DNA of 63,515 nucleotides, filler included, from Octopus bimaculoides (Eukaryota): NCBI RefSeq assembly GCF_001194135.2. It is 5 parts of 4 records of this genome, joined end to end, with 100 filler letters (N's around TTAATTAATTAA, not from the genome) between each part and the next. Parts side by side here need not be neighbours in the genome. Positions count along the whole stretch, not along the records: positions 1 to 31,269 come from NC_068987.1; 4 more parts are not named here. One strand, 5' to 3'. Shown piece by piece: positions 13,769 to 23,608 of this stretch (position 1 is its first letter; each line of letters starts with the position of its first letter). The notes under the pieces were generated by a model. It saw only the letters and a program-made list of their open reading frames with translations, ran no database searches and was not told where the DNA came from. The position numbers and the translations under genes were made by a program.

Positions 13769-14779
13769 GGATCTATTTTAAAACGGGGGCGCCAGTATTT
13801 TCTTAACGAAACACTAACGAAACACTTTGAAACTTGGGACACTGGTAGAATGTGTCATATAAAACATCTTTTACTCTTAGTCTTCTTAACAAAAAAAGGA
13901 ATTCGCAAGTTATTCCATGTTAAAGTTGTCGTATTTCTGTAATTTCAACCAATCACTGACGTCTATTCAGCTCAATAGAGTTACTGCTGGGCGGTCATAA
14001 AAATGTTATTCCCTGTGACATATTTCATCCGGTTTAATCGTAATTTATACGTATATATTGTTTATATAATAAATTACGCTGTGCGTATCTATGTNNNNNN
14101 NNNNNNNNNNNNNNNNNNNNNNNNNNNNNNNNNNNNNNNNNNNNNNNNNNNNNNNNNNNNNNNNNNNNNNNNNNNNNNNNNNNNNNNNNNNNNNNNNNNN
14201 NNNNNNNNNNNNNNNNNNNNNNNNNNNNNNNNNNNNNNNNNNNNNNNNNNNNNNNNNNNNNNNNNNNNNNNNNNNNNNNNNNNNNNNNNNNNNNNNNNNN
14301 NNNNNNNNNNNNNNNNNNNNNNNNNNNNNNNNNNNNNNNNNNNNNNNNNNNNNNNNNNNNNNNNNNNNNNNNNNNNNNNNNNNNNNNNNNNNNNNNNNNN
14401 NNNNNNNNNNNNNNNNNNNNNNNNNNNNNNNNNNNNNNNNNNNNNNNNNNNNNNNNNNNNNNNNNNNNNNNNNNNNNNNNNNNNNNNNNNNNNNNNNNNN
14501 NNNNNNNNNNNNNNNNNNNNNNNNNNNNNNNNNNNTACTGGGATCTATTTTAAAACGGGGGCGCCAGTATTTTCTTAACGAAACACTAACGAAACACTTT
14601 GAAACTTGGGACACTGGTAGAATGTGTCATATAAAATATCTTTTACTCTTAGTGCTGTTGAGAAAAGTTTATATTTTCAAAGTTATTTCGTGTTAAAGTT
14701 GTCGTATTTCGGTAATTTCAACCAATCAATGACGTGTATTCAACTGAATAAAATTACTGCCGTTGTTTGTCAACAACAA
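13769..14779 (+). mobile_element. Two same-orientation arms of a GG-terminated TIR element inserted in the LINE, separated by a gap
   Basis: ggatctattttaaaacgggggcgcc starts at ~13769 and again at ~14540. Same family as 18352-18939. Confidence 0.7.
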
Positions 14780-16219
14780 CTATCGGCCACGGGGCTCTAG
14801 GCTGGGGTGGCTGCTGGGCTGATTGGCAATTTGTTCGCCCAAAAGTCTTTTGTGATATCTGTTATTGTTTCTAATGTTCTCCTGCAACAGTCTGTTATCC
14901 CAGTACTCTTTGCCTACCTCCGCGTAGCGGTACTGGTCTTTGTCGCACTTAAACAATTTTATATTATCATTTTTTTTAAACATTGTCACTATCTTCTCAT
15001 TATTAGCACTTACGGCCACAACTTTGTCAGTTTTTTTCACACCTTTCCCTAGAGGTGGGTTAATTGGCTTGTTTAATTCCTTTCCAATAAAAGTTGTATG
15101 GGAAGGGTGGGGTTGGGAGATTATTTGCTGTTGTGTCTGTGTGCTTGTCTTCTTTTTTTGTTTGGGGAGGGGAATCCGGTGTATTTTGTATTTTCCTCTT
15201 ATTTGAAACTAATGTGTACTCCATTTCTGAAGGTTCGCTTTTCTCCGATGTATTTGCCTCTTGGTTTGTTTTGTCTTCTGTTATTCCTTTTCTTTTTTGT
15301 ACCTCTTCTTGCTGTTTCCAGTTGGTTTTGTTTTCCTTATTTCTTTTTATTTTCTTTCTCTGCATTTGTCCTTTTCGTTTCTTCGTTTGCTTTCGAAGGA
15401 GGGGCGTCACTCGCGTTGCTGTTTATCTTCTTTTTTGAACAGTCGGAACGGACGTGACCCTTTTGTCCACATTTGAAACATCTGGGTCCACGTCCTTCCA
15501 CCGACACGCGAATGGTGTGCCACTCCCCCACAAACACTCTGTCGGGCAAACTTTCTAGAACACTATTTTCTCCTTGAACAACTATTTCTAGCGTCTGCCC
15601 TCTCCAGTTGATTGCCTCCTACTCCCTCATACTCAGGATGTTTAATTTTTGTTCGGCGTCAAAAAATACCGCTGCTGCCAGCCACATTATATCATACCCG
15701 ACCGGTATGCTTTCCACTGTGATTCGAGCCGTTCTGCGTCCCATGTAAGTGGGAAGCAGCATAATGCTTTCATTTTTTAAGGTTTGTGTTGAAACCTCCT
15801 TTGCTACGTTAGCCGAGTCGAAATGCACCTCAACAGTTGCACTTCTTGTGCCTCGACTAACGTAGCGAACTTTTGGCCAAATTGGAGCCAAACATCTCTC
15901 CACAATATCCGTCTTTACTTCGGCTTTTCTCTTCTCTTTTAAGTTGTATACTTTTATGTACAACTATTTTTTCTTTAATTGCGTTTATCAACTCTGGGGG
16001 CGGTATTAGTTTTGTTTCTTCACCCACTTTTTGCATCAGTTGTCTATACTGAAACAGCTTGTCCACTGTTCCTTCTAATTCTTTTGAGCTTCCGCTCACT
16101 GCCTTGGAGAAACTTGGTTTCCTTTGTTCACTTTCAACTGGGTTGACCTCTCCCACTCCGGGGAATTCCTTCTCAGGTGCTAAATTTAGCTCGATACTTG
16201 TCGTTAGACAAGAAAACAA
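14780..16219 (-). pseudogene. LINE ORF1 (gag-like, CX2CX4HX4C zinc knuckle), frameshifted
   Basis: RCFKCGQKGHVRSDC in ORF 15337-15549, preceded by RRM-like segments and followed by a K/E/Q-rich low-complexity tail. Lies upstream of ORF2 on the same strand. Confidence 0.85.
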
Positions 16220-16699
16220 TTTTCAATTATGCAAAAATTTTCCGCTCCGAATGGCGAAAATAACAACAAACAGTTCACAGAAAAAAAAAACACAGTTGAC
16301 AATAATACAAGCAAAACACGAACTCACTCCGGCAGCAACAAAAAACGTCGAAACAAAAATCAAAGAGGGTATCCAAAGACAATGGCCTGCTAGTCGGAGA
16401 TGCCTGTCAAGCTCTCGTGAACATAATAATTTTAGTGAAACACATTCACTGATTTCAAAAATAGAAATAATACATTTCTACTCCAGACTGATGACGAGCA
16501 AAGACTCAGAAACATGTCTCTAGATGCAGGCTTAGCTAAGTGGAGGTGCTTGTCACCCCCTTGTAAACATAAGGACACAGGAAATGTGTCAAGGCCGACA
16601 GGAAGCGGTGCTGCTTCCTAGGGCTAAATAGCAGTAGTATTATTCCCGTCATGGGACTGTCACATTAAGTTGACAGCATACAACTACTTTATATATATA

Positions 16700-16870
16700 T
16701 GTAACCTCGTGGGCATCGGTACCATTTTCCTCTTTCTCCGTTCTTCCATTCTCCGAACTTTCCATCTTTCCGACGAAGGGCTACGCCCGAAACGTCATAC
16801 ACTCTCTCTTTCCTTTCCTGAGCGTCCAATAATACTATCCATATCACGTCCTCACTTTGTTGTTTTTTTG
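16700..16870 (+). mobile_element. Probable Penelope-like pseudo-LTR fragment
   Basis: ccgacgaagggctacgcccgaaacgtc resembles the hammerhead-like motif found at Penelope ends. Confidence 0.5.
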
Positions 16871-16954
16871 TTATTGTTTTTTTGCGTACATATATATATG
16901 TACGCATGTATATGTATGTTCGTATGTGTATATGTATGTATAAAATTTTTTTAA

Positions 16955-17202
16955 ATGCGTTCTTTTAAAGCCTAGCTAGGCTCATGGGCCCGGCTTCCCG
17001 GTTTCAATGATGTATGTGTTCCCCAGCTGGACGGGACGCCAGTCCATCGAAGCGTTACTTATTTTTGCCAGCTGAGTGGACTGGAGCAATGTGAAATGAA
17101 GTGTTTTGCTCAAGAACACAACGCGTCGCGCTGTCCAGGGATCGAAACCACAATCTTACGATCATGATGCTGACACCCTAACCACTAAGCCACGCGCCTC
17201 CA

Positions 17203-17203
<1 letters not shown>
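16955..17203 (-). mobile_element. tRNA-derived SINE with conserved central domain (V/Meta-like)
   Basis: Minus strand reads gtggaggcgcgtggcttagtggttaggg...ggtttcgatcc...gttcttgagcaaaacac...gatggactggcgtcccgtccag...gaaaccggg. Confidence 0.75.
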
Positions 17204-17233
<30 letters not shown>

Positions 17234-17284
17234 TATGCATATATTTAGTTATAATTATTTCTACTTATGCACTAAATGAATGAA

Positions 17285-17325
<41 letters not shown>

Positions 17326-17692
17326 AAGGGTGCCGGCGAATAAATTCTTCTTGTATGCTCGCATCTATTAATGACTGATTAAGTGACTGTGAAAGGAATC
17401 AAGAACAGCTAAAATTAAATTTACGAGCAGACTGTCAGACAAGTTGGTATCCCGCTGAGATAATTAGTTGGACACACGTCCTTTGAAGAGAAATACTTGC
17501 AGACAAAAGTGATAAGTAATCGTGTTAGCTTACATTTTGGCAACATTATTATCTTAGAACAATGGTTCTCAACCGGGGTCCATATGGCCCCTGAGTATCC
17601 ATATAAGATTTTCGAGGATCCACACAATGAATTAGTAAATTGGGGATCCACAATACAATTTTAAGGACCTCTGAAAAACTTTTGCTTTAGCT

Positions 17693-18232
17693 CAGGAGTG
17701 GGAAAACTTTTTAGTGCGGCGGGCAAATATTTCCAAAGAAAAAAGTCCGCGGGTGGATCACAAGTTCTAACTCTTATATTTGTGGAAATCTTGTATATAT
17801 CTATATATAATTCGAGACACATTAATAAAGATAAGTTTAAAACATTAGATTAGCGCGTAGCATTTTCATTAACGCAGCCACGGAATTTAGGACGTTTATA
17901 TTACCGATGAGGTATTCTATATTTTTTTTCAGCTAGAGTGTAGTTGGCTCTCATGGGGCTGGTACAAGCGTAGCAATATGTGTTTTATAGGGAAAAAAAA
18001 AATTCCCTTCAAATGGCAATTATCGGACGATTTTCTGTTCGAATCTAACCGTTTTAAGTCGTGGTGGAAATGCGACCTACACCAATATTGTATAAATTTT
18101 ATAATTGAAAAATTTACTATACTTTGTACATACAATTATACCAGCCTTTACTATTTACTATTTTTGTACATACAATTATACGAGGCTTGCGAGCGCATTT
18201 GCACCCGTGGGCGGAGGTTTTCCCCATTCCTG
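17693..18232. mobile_element. Nested hAT MITE
   Basis: TIRs caggagtgggaaaac / gttttccccattcctg. 8-bp TSD ctttagct (17685-17692) / ctttagat (18233-18240). Confidence 0.85.
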
Positions 18233-18351
18233 CTTTAGATACATGTATCGATATGTATTGCAAGAAATAGCTAGAATTATTTCTCTGACATATAATTCAA
18301 GCAACACAAGTTAATGTGTGAAAACAAAATAGGAATTTTGAAAGAAGTTTC

Positions 18352-18939
18352 GGATCTTTTTTAAAACGGGGGCCACATTTTTCATTAATGTTTTACGTAG
18401 TGTTTTTGGTACCGAAAGACTTTCAAACTTCGTATACTTATCTATTTTGTGTTATAGAACAGAAAAATATTTTTGTATTCGAATTTATTTCATGTAAAAC
18501 ATTGTCTTATTTCGATAATTTCAACCAATCACTGACAGGTATTCAGTTGTTNNNNNNNNNNNNNNNNNNNNNNNNNNNNNNNNNNNNNNNNNNNNNNNNN
18601 NNNNNNNNNNNNNNNNNNNNNNNNNNNNNNNNNNNNNNNNNNNNNNNNNNNNNNNNNNNNNCCTAACCCTAACCCTAACCCTAACCCTATCACCGATAAA
18701 ATTGTTTCAGAATCGTTTGTTTATGTAGTCGGCACTTAATGTATATCGGCTGAATGGACGTCAGTGATTGGTTGAAATTACAGAAATACGACAACTTTAA
18801 CATGGAATAACTTAGGGATTTCTTTTTGTTTTAAGAAGACTAAGAGAAAAAGATGTTTTATATGACACATTCTACCAGTGTTCCAAGTTTCAAAGTGTTT
18901 CGTTAATGAAAAATGTGGCCCCCGTTTTAAAAAAGACCC
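18352..18939. mobile_element. Nested GG-terminated TIR element with internal (CCCTAA)n
   Basis: TIRs ggatcttttttaaaacgggggccacatttttcattaa / ttaatgaaaaatgtggcccccgttttaaaaaagaccc. Perfect 8-bp TSD gaagtttc (18344-18351, 18940-18947). cctaac repeats at 18662-18688. Confidence 0.85.
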
Positions 18940-19681
18940 GAAGTTTCTATAAAACTAGTTTTTGTTTTTACATCGAATGACTACCACAATAAAATAGTAA
19001 TCAAGGAGTCCATAGATTAAAAAAAATGGTCGAGAACCCCTGTCTTAGAGTGTTAATCTATCTTCATAAATGGCGAGACTTGTTTATGCAAAAGAAAAGA
19101 CTGAATTTAAGGTTTTGTTAATTTTTATTTAATACTGTTGATTCTTTATTTCCATTGCTGAATTCTGTTCGATTTATTTTATAAATCACTTTTTTTTTTG
19201 TTTTTTCAATTTTCCATTAATTTATTAGGTATTTTTTAATGATATGTGTCTATTTGAAACTGCATGTTCTTTATCAAAGGAATGCTAAAAACAAAATATG
19301 GGTATAAAACAATGGGAAACTATAGATGGTTCTTCAGTACTCACAAATCTACTCACCTGATGGCGTGCAAGTACACAGCTATTGCTGGATCATATTTATA
19401 TAATAATATGTATAATTTTAAAAACTCAACAACTAACAGCTGTTGGTGATGCACAGAAACAATTGTGGTGATTTGGATTAAAGCCTGTGCATTCCATCTT
19501 CTTGCACTATAATTATTTTGTATAAATTCTGCGTGCCCTAACGGATTTCCACATGTATATCCAGTAATAAGAGTATTCCTGCTGTTTTATAGCATATGGT
19601 GGCCGATAATTGTAGAGGATCTATGAAATGCACGTTATAATGTTATTATCTGGATGATATATATGTTGCTTCTTTTCGCAG

Positions 19682-20079
19682 ATTGTTATGAAAATCCATG
19701 GCCTGAAACTTTTATGGATTTTGGAATGGATGATCCCCGACCTTTTACATCGAACTGGCTCTATAACGTACAAAATAGTTATAAAGGTTATGGTGAATAT
19801 ATGAGACAAATGGTAAATAACAAACTGAAAAATATGATGACATTTTCAAGGGACTTTATTCACCAGGGGGATTACTATGGAAATCATTTCAAGCAGGACC
19901 CAGACACCAAGATGTTACTGCAGGAAGCACGAGCAGCTTTCGCAAACAGTAATTCAGGGGGCCGTTATTTAGGAAAATTGGTTCGAACTGCATCCTGTGG
20001 CAAACATTGTATTATCAAAGTTGTAATCGGAAAAATTAATGGAAATTATTATGAAAATGTCTCGAAAAGTTATCATTAG
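19682..20079 (+). CDS. Putative last coding exon of an unknown secreted protein (DCYENPWPETF...SKSYH*)
   Basis: Pyrimidine tract plus acceptor ttgcttcttttcgcag ending 19681. 132 open codons in AT-rich DNA. Phase 1, compatible with exon 7638-7710. Donor AAG|GTAAGT at 20108/20109 lies just past the stop. Confidence 0.65.
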
Positions 20080-20299
20080 ACGTAATTTGAATCATGGAAG
20101 ATTAAAGGTAAGTTTTAGAAACAATAATTTTTTTTTTTTAATTAAATATTGTATTTAATATGATTCCGATACTAGGTACATATAACATCATCGTTTATTT
20201 TAAAAATGGGAAGATCGGAATATGGAAAAACGGTAATCCTGAAAAATAGCATCGGCAATTATCTTGTGCGCCAGAAACTGATTTGCTTGGAATCTTCTA

Positions 20300-20695
20300 T
20301 TTTATCCTTTTACTTATTTCAATCAATGGACTGTGGCCAAGCTGGAACACCGTCTTAAAGAGTTTAATCGAATAAATCAACTCCAGTACTTACTTTTTCT
20401 TCGGCCTGACATTTATTTTATAAGTCATTTTTGCAGAACAACTAAGTTACGTAAAGACACCAACATTAGTTGTCAAGCGATTGTAAGGGATATATATATA
20501 TATATATATATACATATACGACGGGTTTCTTTCAGTTTCCGTCTGCTAAATCCGCTCACAAGGCTTTGGTTGGCCCGAGGCTATAGCAGAAAACACTTGC
20601 CAATTGGGACTGAACCCGGGGAGTAAACAGGGGACTGAACAGTGGGATTGAACCCGGAACTATGTGGTTGGTAGGCAAGCTACTTACCATACAGN
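20300..20695 (+). repeat. SINE family B (gactgtggccatgctggagcacc...acgggcttctttcagtttccgtctaccaaatccactcacaagg...)
   Basis: The same blocks recur at 34183-34690, 35230-35600 (-), 35850-36292 (-), 52385-52820, 54625-54955, 59535-59760 and 62053-62230. Confidence 0.85.
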
Positions 20696-21829
20696 NNNNN
20701 NNNNNNNNNNNNNNNNNNNNNNNNNNNNNNNNNNNNNNNNNNNNNNNNNNNNNNNNNNNNNNNNNNNNNNNNNNNNNNNNNNNNNNNNNNNNNNNNNNNN
20801 NNNNNNNNNNNNNNNNNNNNNNNNNNNNNNNNNNNNNNNNNNNNNNNNNNNNNNNNNNNNNNNNNNNNNNNNNNNTATATATATATGCATGTATCTCTTT
20901 TTACTCTTTTACTTGTTTCAGTCATAATATGTATTTATATATATATATACATATATGGCTACAGAATGTCACCAACTGTGTAAACAACATGAAGTACGAA
21001 AACAAACAAGAGAAAGAAATGGAAAACAGGACAAGTAACAAGGAGAACGACCCTTCATTAGTTGTCGGCTGTCTATCTACTCCTCATTTCGAGAATTCAA
21101 CGACAATAGGAGTCTTCGAAGACAGTTCCGCCCATAAATTCCGAAATAAAATTTTGGATTTATGGAGGATCAAACTTTGGAACAAAAACAGGACAGTGAA
21201 ACGACCTTCCATATTGTTTTCGTTCGGTTTCCTTGTATGCCTCCACATCCTATTACTATCATGGCACTCCCGCATTCTTCCTCTCCTGCTTCTCCTCTTC
21301 CTCCTCCTCCTCCTTCTTCTTCTTCTCTGCTAAGAATTCACAATGACCTTGAACCCACAAGAGTAAACAAGAGAGACAGAGACAGGCAGAAACAAGGAAA
21401 ATGTCCCTTGTATTTGAATACTATGCAAATATTCTTTTAAAAAAATTTTCTTTTAATTTTTCCAAAACTTAATTGTTTTCCATGCTTACAGTTGAAAAAG
21501 TCTCAATAACTGAAACCGGTAATGAAATGTTTTTAATAATATTATTTTAGCTTTTTCTACCTTGACTTTTTTTCCATATATGTCAATTCGTGTGTTCCTT
21601 TTTAACCTTCTACATATATCTATTTATTTATTTATTTATTTATATTATTATTTATTATTTATATTATTATTATTTATATTATTTATTGTTTATATTTTTA
21701 TTTAGTATTTATATTACTTATATTATTATTTAATTGAACATCACGCATTCATTTGCAAGTAAGTTTATTTATATACAAACTTACTTGCAAATGAATGCGT
21801 GGCGTTCAATTAAATGATAATATAGACAA

Positions 21830-22232
21830 TGTGTGTGTGTGTGTGTGTATGTGTGTGTGTATGTGTGTGTGTGTGTATAAGGGTGCAGGCGAATAAATTC
21901 TTCCTGTGTGCTCGCATCTATTAATGACTGATTAAGTGACTGTGAAAGGAATCAAGAACAGCTAACATTAAGTTTACGAGCAGACTGTCAGGCAAACTGG
22001 TATCCCGCTGAGATAATAAGCTAGACACACGTCCTTTAAAGAGAAATGCTTACAGACAAAAGTGATAAGTAATTCTTTTAGCTTACATTTTGGCAACATT
22101 ATTATCTTAGAGTGTTAATCCATTTTCATAAAAGGCGACACTTGTTTATGCTTAAGAAAAGACTGAATTTTAGGTTTTGTTAATTTTTCTTTGACGCTTT
22201 TGATTCTTTATTTTCATTGATTAACTTTGGTG
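21830..22232 (+). repeat. Local segmental duplicate of 17285-17559 + 19043-19160 (insertion-free copy)
   Basis: Colinear (tg)n-aagggtgc(a/c)ggcgaataaattcttc...attatcttagagtgttaatc...aagaaaagactgaattt...ttctttatt. Confidence 0.9.
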
Positions 22233-23006
22233 NNNNNNNNNNNNNNNNNNNNNNNNNNNNNNNNNNNNNNNNNNNNNNNNNNNNNNNNNNNNNNNNNNNN
22301 NNNNNNNNNNNNNNNNNNNNNNNNNNNNNNNNNNNNNNNNNNNNNNNNNNNNNNNNNNNNNNNNNNNNNNNNNNNNNNNNNNNNNNNNNNNNNNNNNNNN
22401 NNNNNNNNNNNNNNNNNNNNNNNNNNNNNNNNNNNNNNNNNNNNNNNNNNNNNNNNNNNNNNNNNNNNNNNNNNNNNNNNNNNNNNNNNNNNNNNNNNNN
22501 NNNNNNNNNNNNNNNNNNNNNNNNNNNNNNNNNNNNNNNNNNNNNNNNNNNNNNNNNNNNNNNNNNNNNNNNNNNNNNNNNNNNNNNNNNNNNNNNNNNN
22601 NNNNNNNNNNNNNNNNNNNNNNNNNNNNNNNNNNNNNNNNNNNNNNNNNNNNNNNNNNNNNNNNNNNNNNNNNNNNNNNNNNNNNNNNNNNNNNNNNNNN
22701 NNNNNNNNNNNNNNNNNNNNNNNNNNNNNNNNNNNNNNNNNNNNNNNNNNNNNNNNNNNNNNNNNNNNNNNNNNNNNNNNNNNNNNNNNNNNNNNNNNNN
22801 NNNNNNNNNNNNNNNNNNNNNNNNNNNNNNNNNNNNNNNNNNNNNNNNNNNNNNNNNNNNNNNNNNNNNNNNNNNNNNNNNNNNNNNNNNNNNNNNNNNN
22901 NNNNNNNNNNNNNNNNNNNNNNNNNNNNNNNNNNNNNNNNNNNNNNNNNNNNNNNNNNNNNNNNNNNNNNNNNNNNNNNNNNNNNNNNNNNNNNNNNNNN
23001 NNNNNN

Positions 23007-23056
<50 letters not shown>

Positions 23057-23608
23057 TTGTATGCTTATGTTTGCATGCGTGTGTACGGGTTTTGTGTCAC
23101 TGTCACTCCCTTCACTACTTGATAACCGGTAATGGTTTGTTTGCGTCCCCTTTACTTAGCGGTTCGGCAAAATGTACCGATACTGCAAGTACTCGACTTA
23201 AGAATAAATACTAGGGAATGATTAGTTCGACTAAACCCTTCAAGATGATGCCTCTAACATAAACGCAGTCCAATGCCTGAAACGAGTGAAAGAAAAATTT
23301 ATTAACAATGAAGAACGCATAATTATTATTACGAAAGAAAATTGCTTCTGTAATGAGGAACGCGTACTTTCTATAAACGGAAATTGATTTTCTTGATAAA
23401 AACTCTTAAACCTCAATGTTAGTAATCGGGAAATAATTCATTTGAAGTAGTATTCCTTCAGGAGGAAAAAGCATATATTCCAAATAAAAGCAGAATTGAA
23501 GCATATTTTTTTTAATTTGCATTCTTTTCTTGTTTGTGTGTGTGTGTGTGTGCATTTTTATAAAGTGTGATATTCCTGGGTCTGCTGAAGACTGTCGGCA
23601 TTTCGCAA

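Larger units (their letters stand above)
10519..16379 (-). mobile_element. Full-length but inactivated Tx1-type (L1 group) non-LTR retrotransposon
   Basis: Perfect 15-bp TSD caatggcctgctagt at 10504-10518 and 16380-16394. ORF1 with zinc knuckle, ORF2 with APE endonuclease, RT and CCHC domain. AATAAA 7 nt before the 3' junction. Confidence 0.92.
10287..16692. mobile_element. Non-autonomous TIR element (~530 bp when empty) hosting a LINE; composite element
   Basis: 10287-10503 is the reverse complement, with scattered mismatches, of 16478-16692 (ataaagta[t/g]ttgtatgctgtcaacttaatgtgacagtcccatga...cttagctaagcct...ctggagtag). Confidence 0.9.
17560..19042. mobile_element. hAT (Charlie-like) MITE containing two nested elements
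   Basis: Termini caatggttctcaacc / ggtcgagaacccctg. 8-bp TSD tcttagaa (17552-17559) / tcttagag (19043-19050). The empty site is present in the duplicated segment at ~22105. Confidence 0.88.

Noticed and set aside
10287-16692. DIRS/Ngaro-type or LTR retroelement, because an RT-encoding unit is flanked by long repeats
   Set aside because: ORF2 has an APE endonuclease and non-LTR RT motifs. No tyrosine recombinase, RNase H or integrase is visible, and the LINE has its own internal 15-bp TSD.
18662-18688. True telomere or chromosome end
   Set aside because: Only about four units, enclosed by TIRs and a TSD in mid-scaffold.
19682-20079. Reflectin or cephalotoxin identity for the orphan exon
   Set aside because: Lacks the repeated reflectin M/FD(X)5MD(X)5MD motif, and I see no recognisable similarity to SE-cephalotoxin domains.
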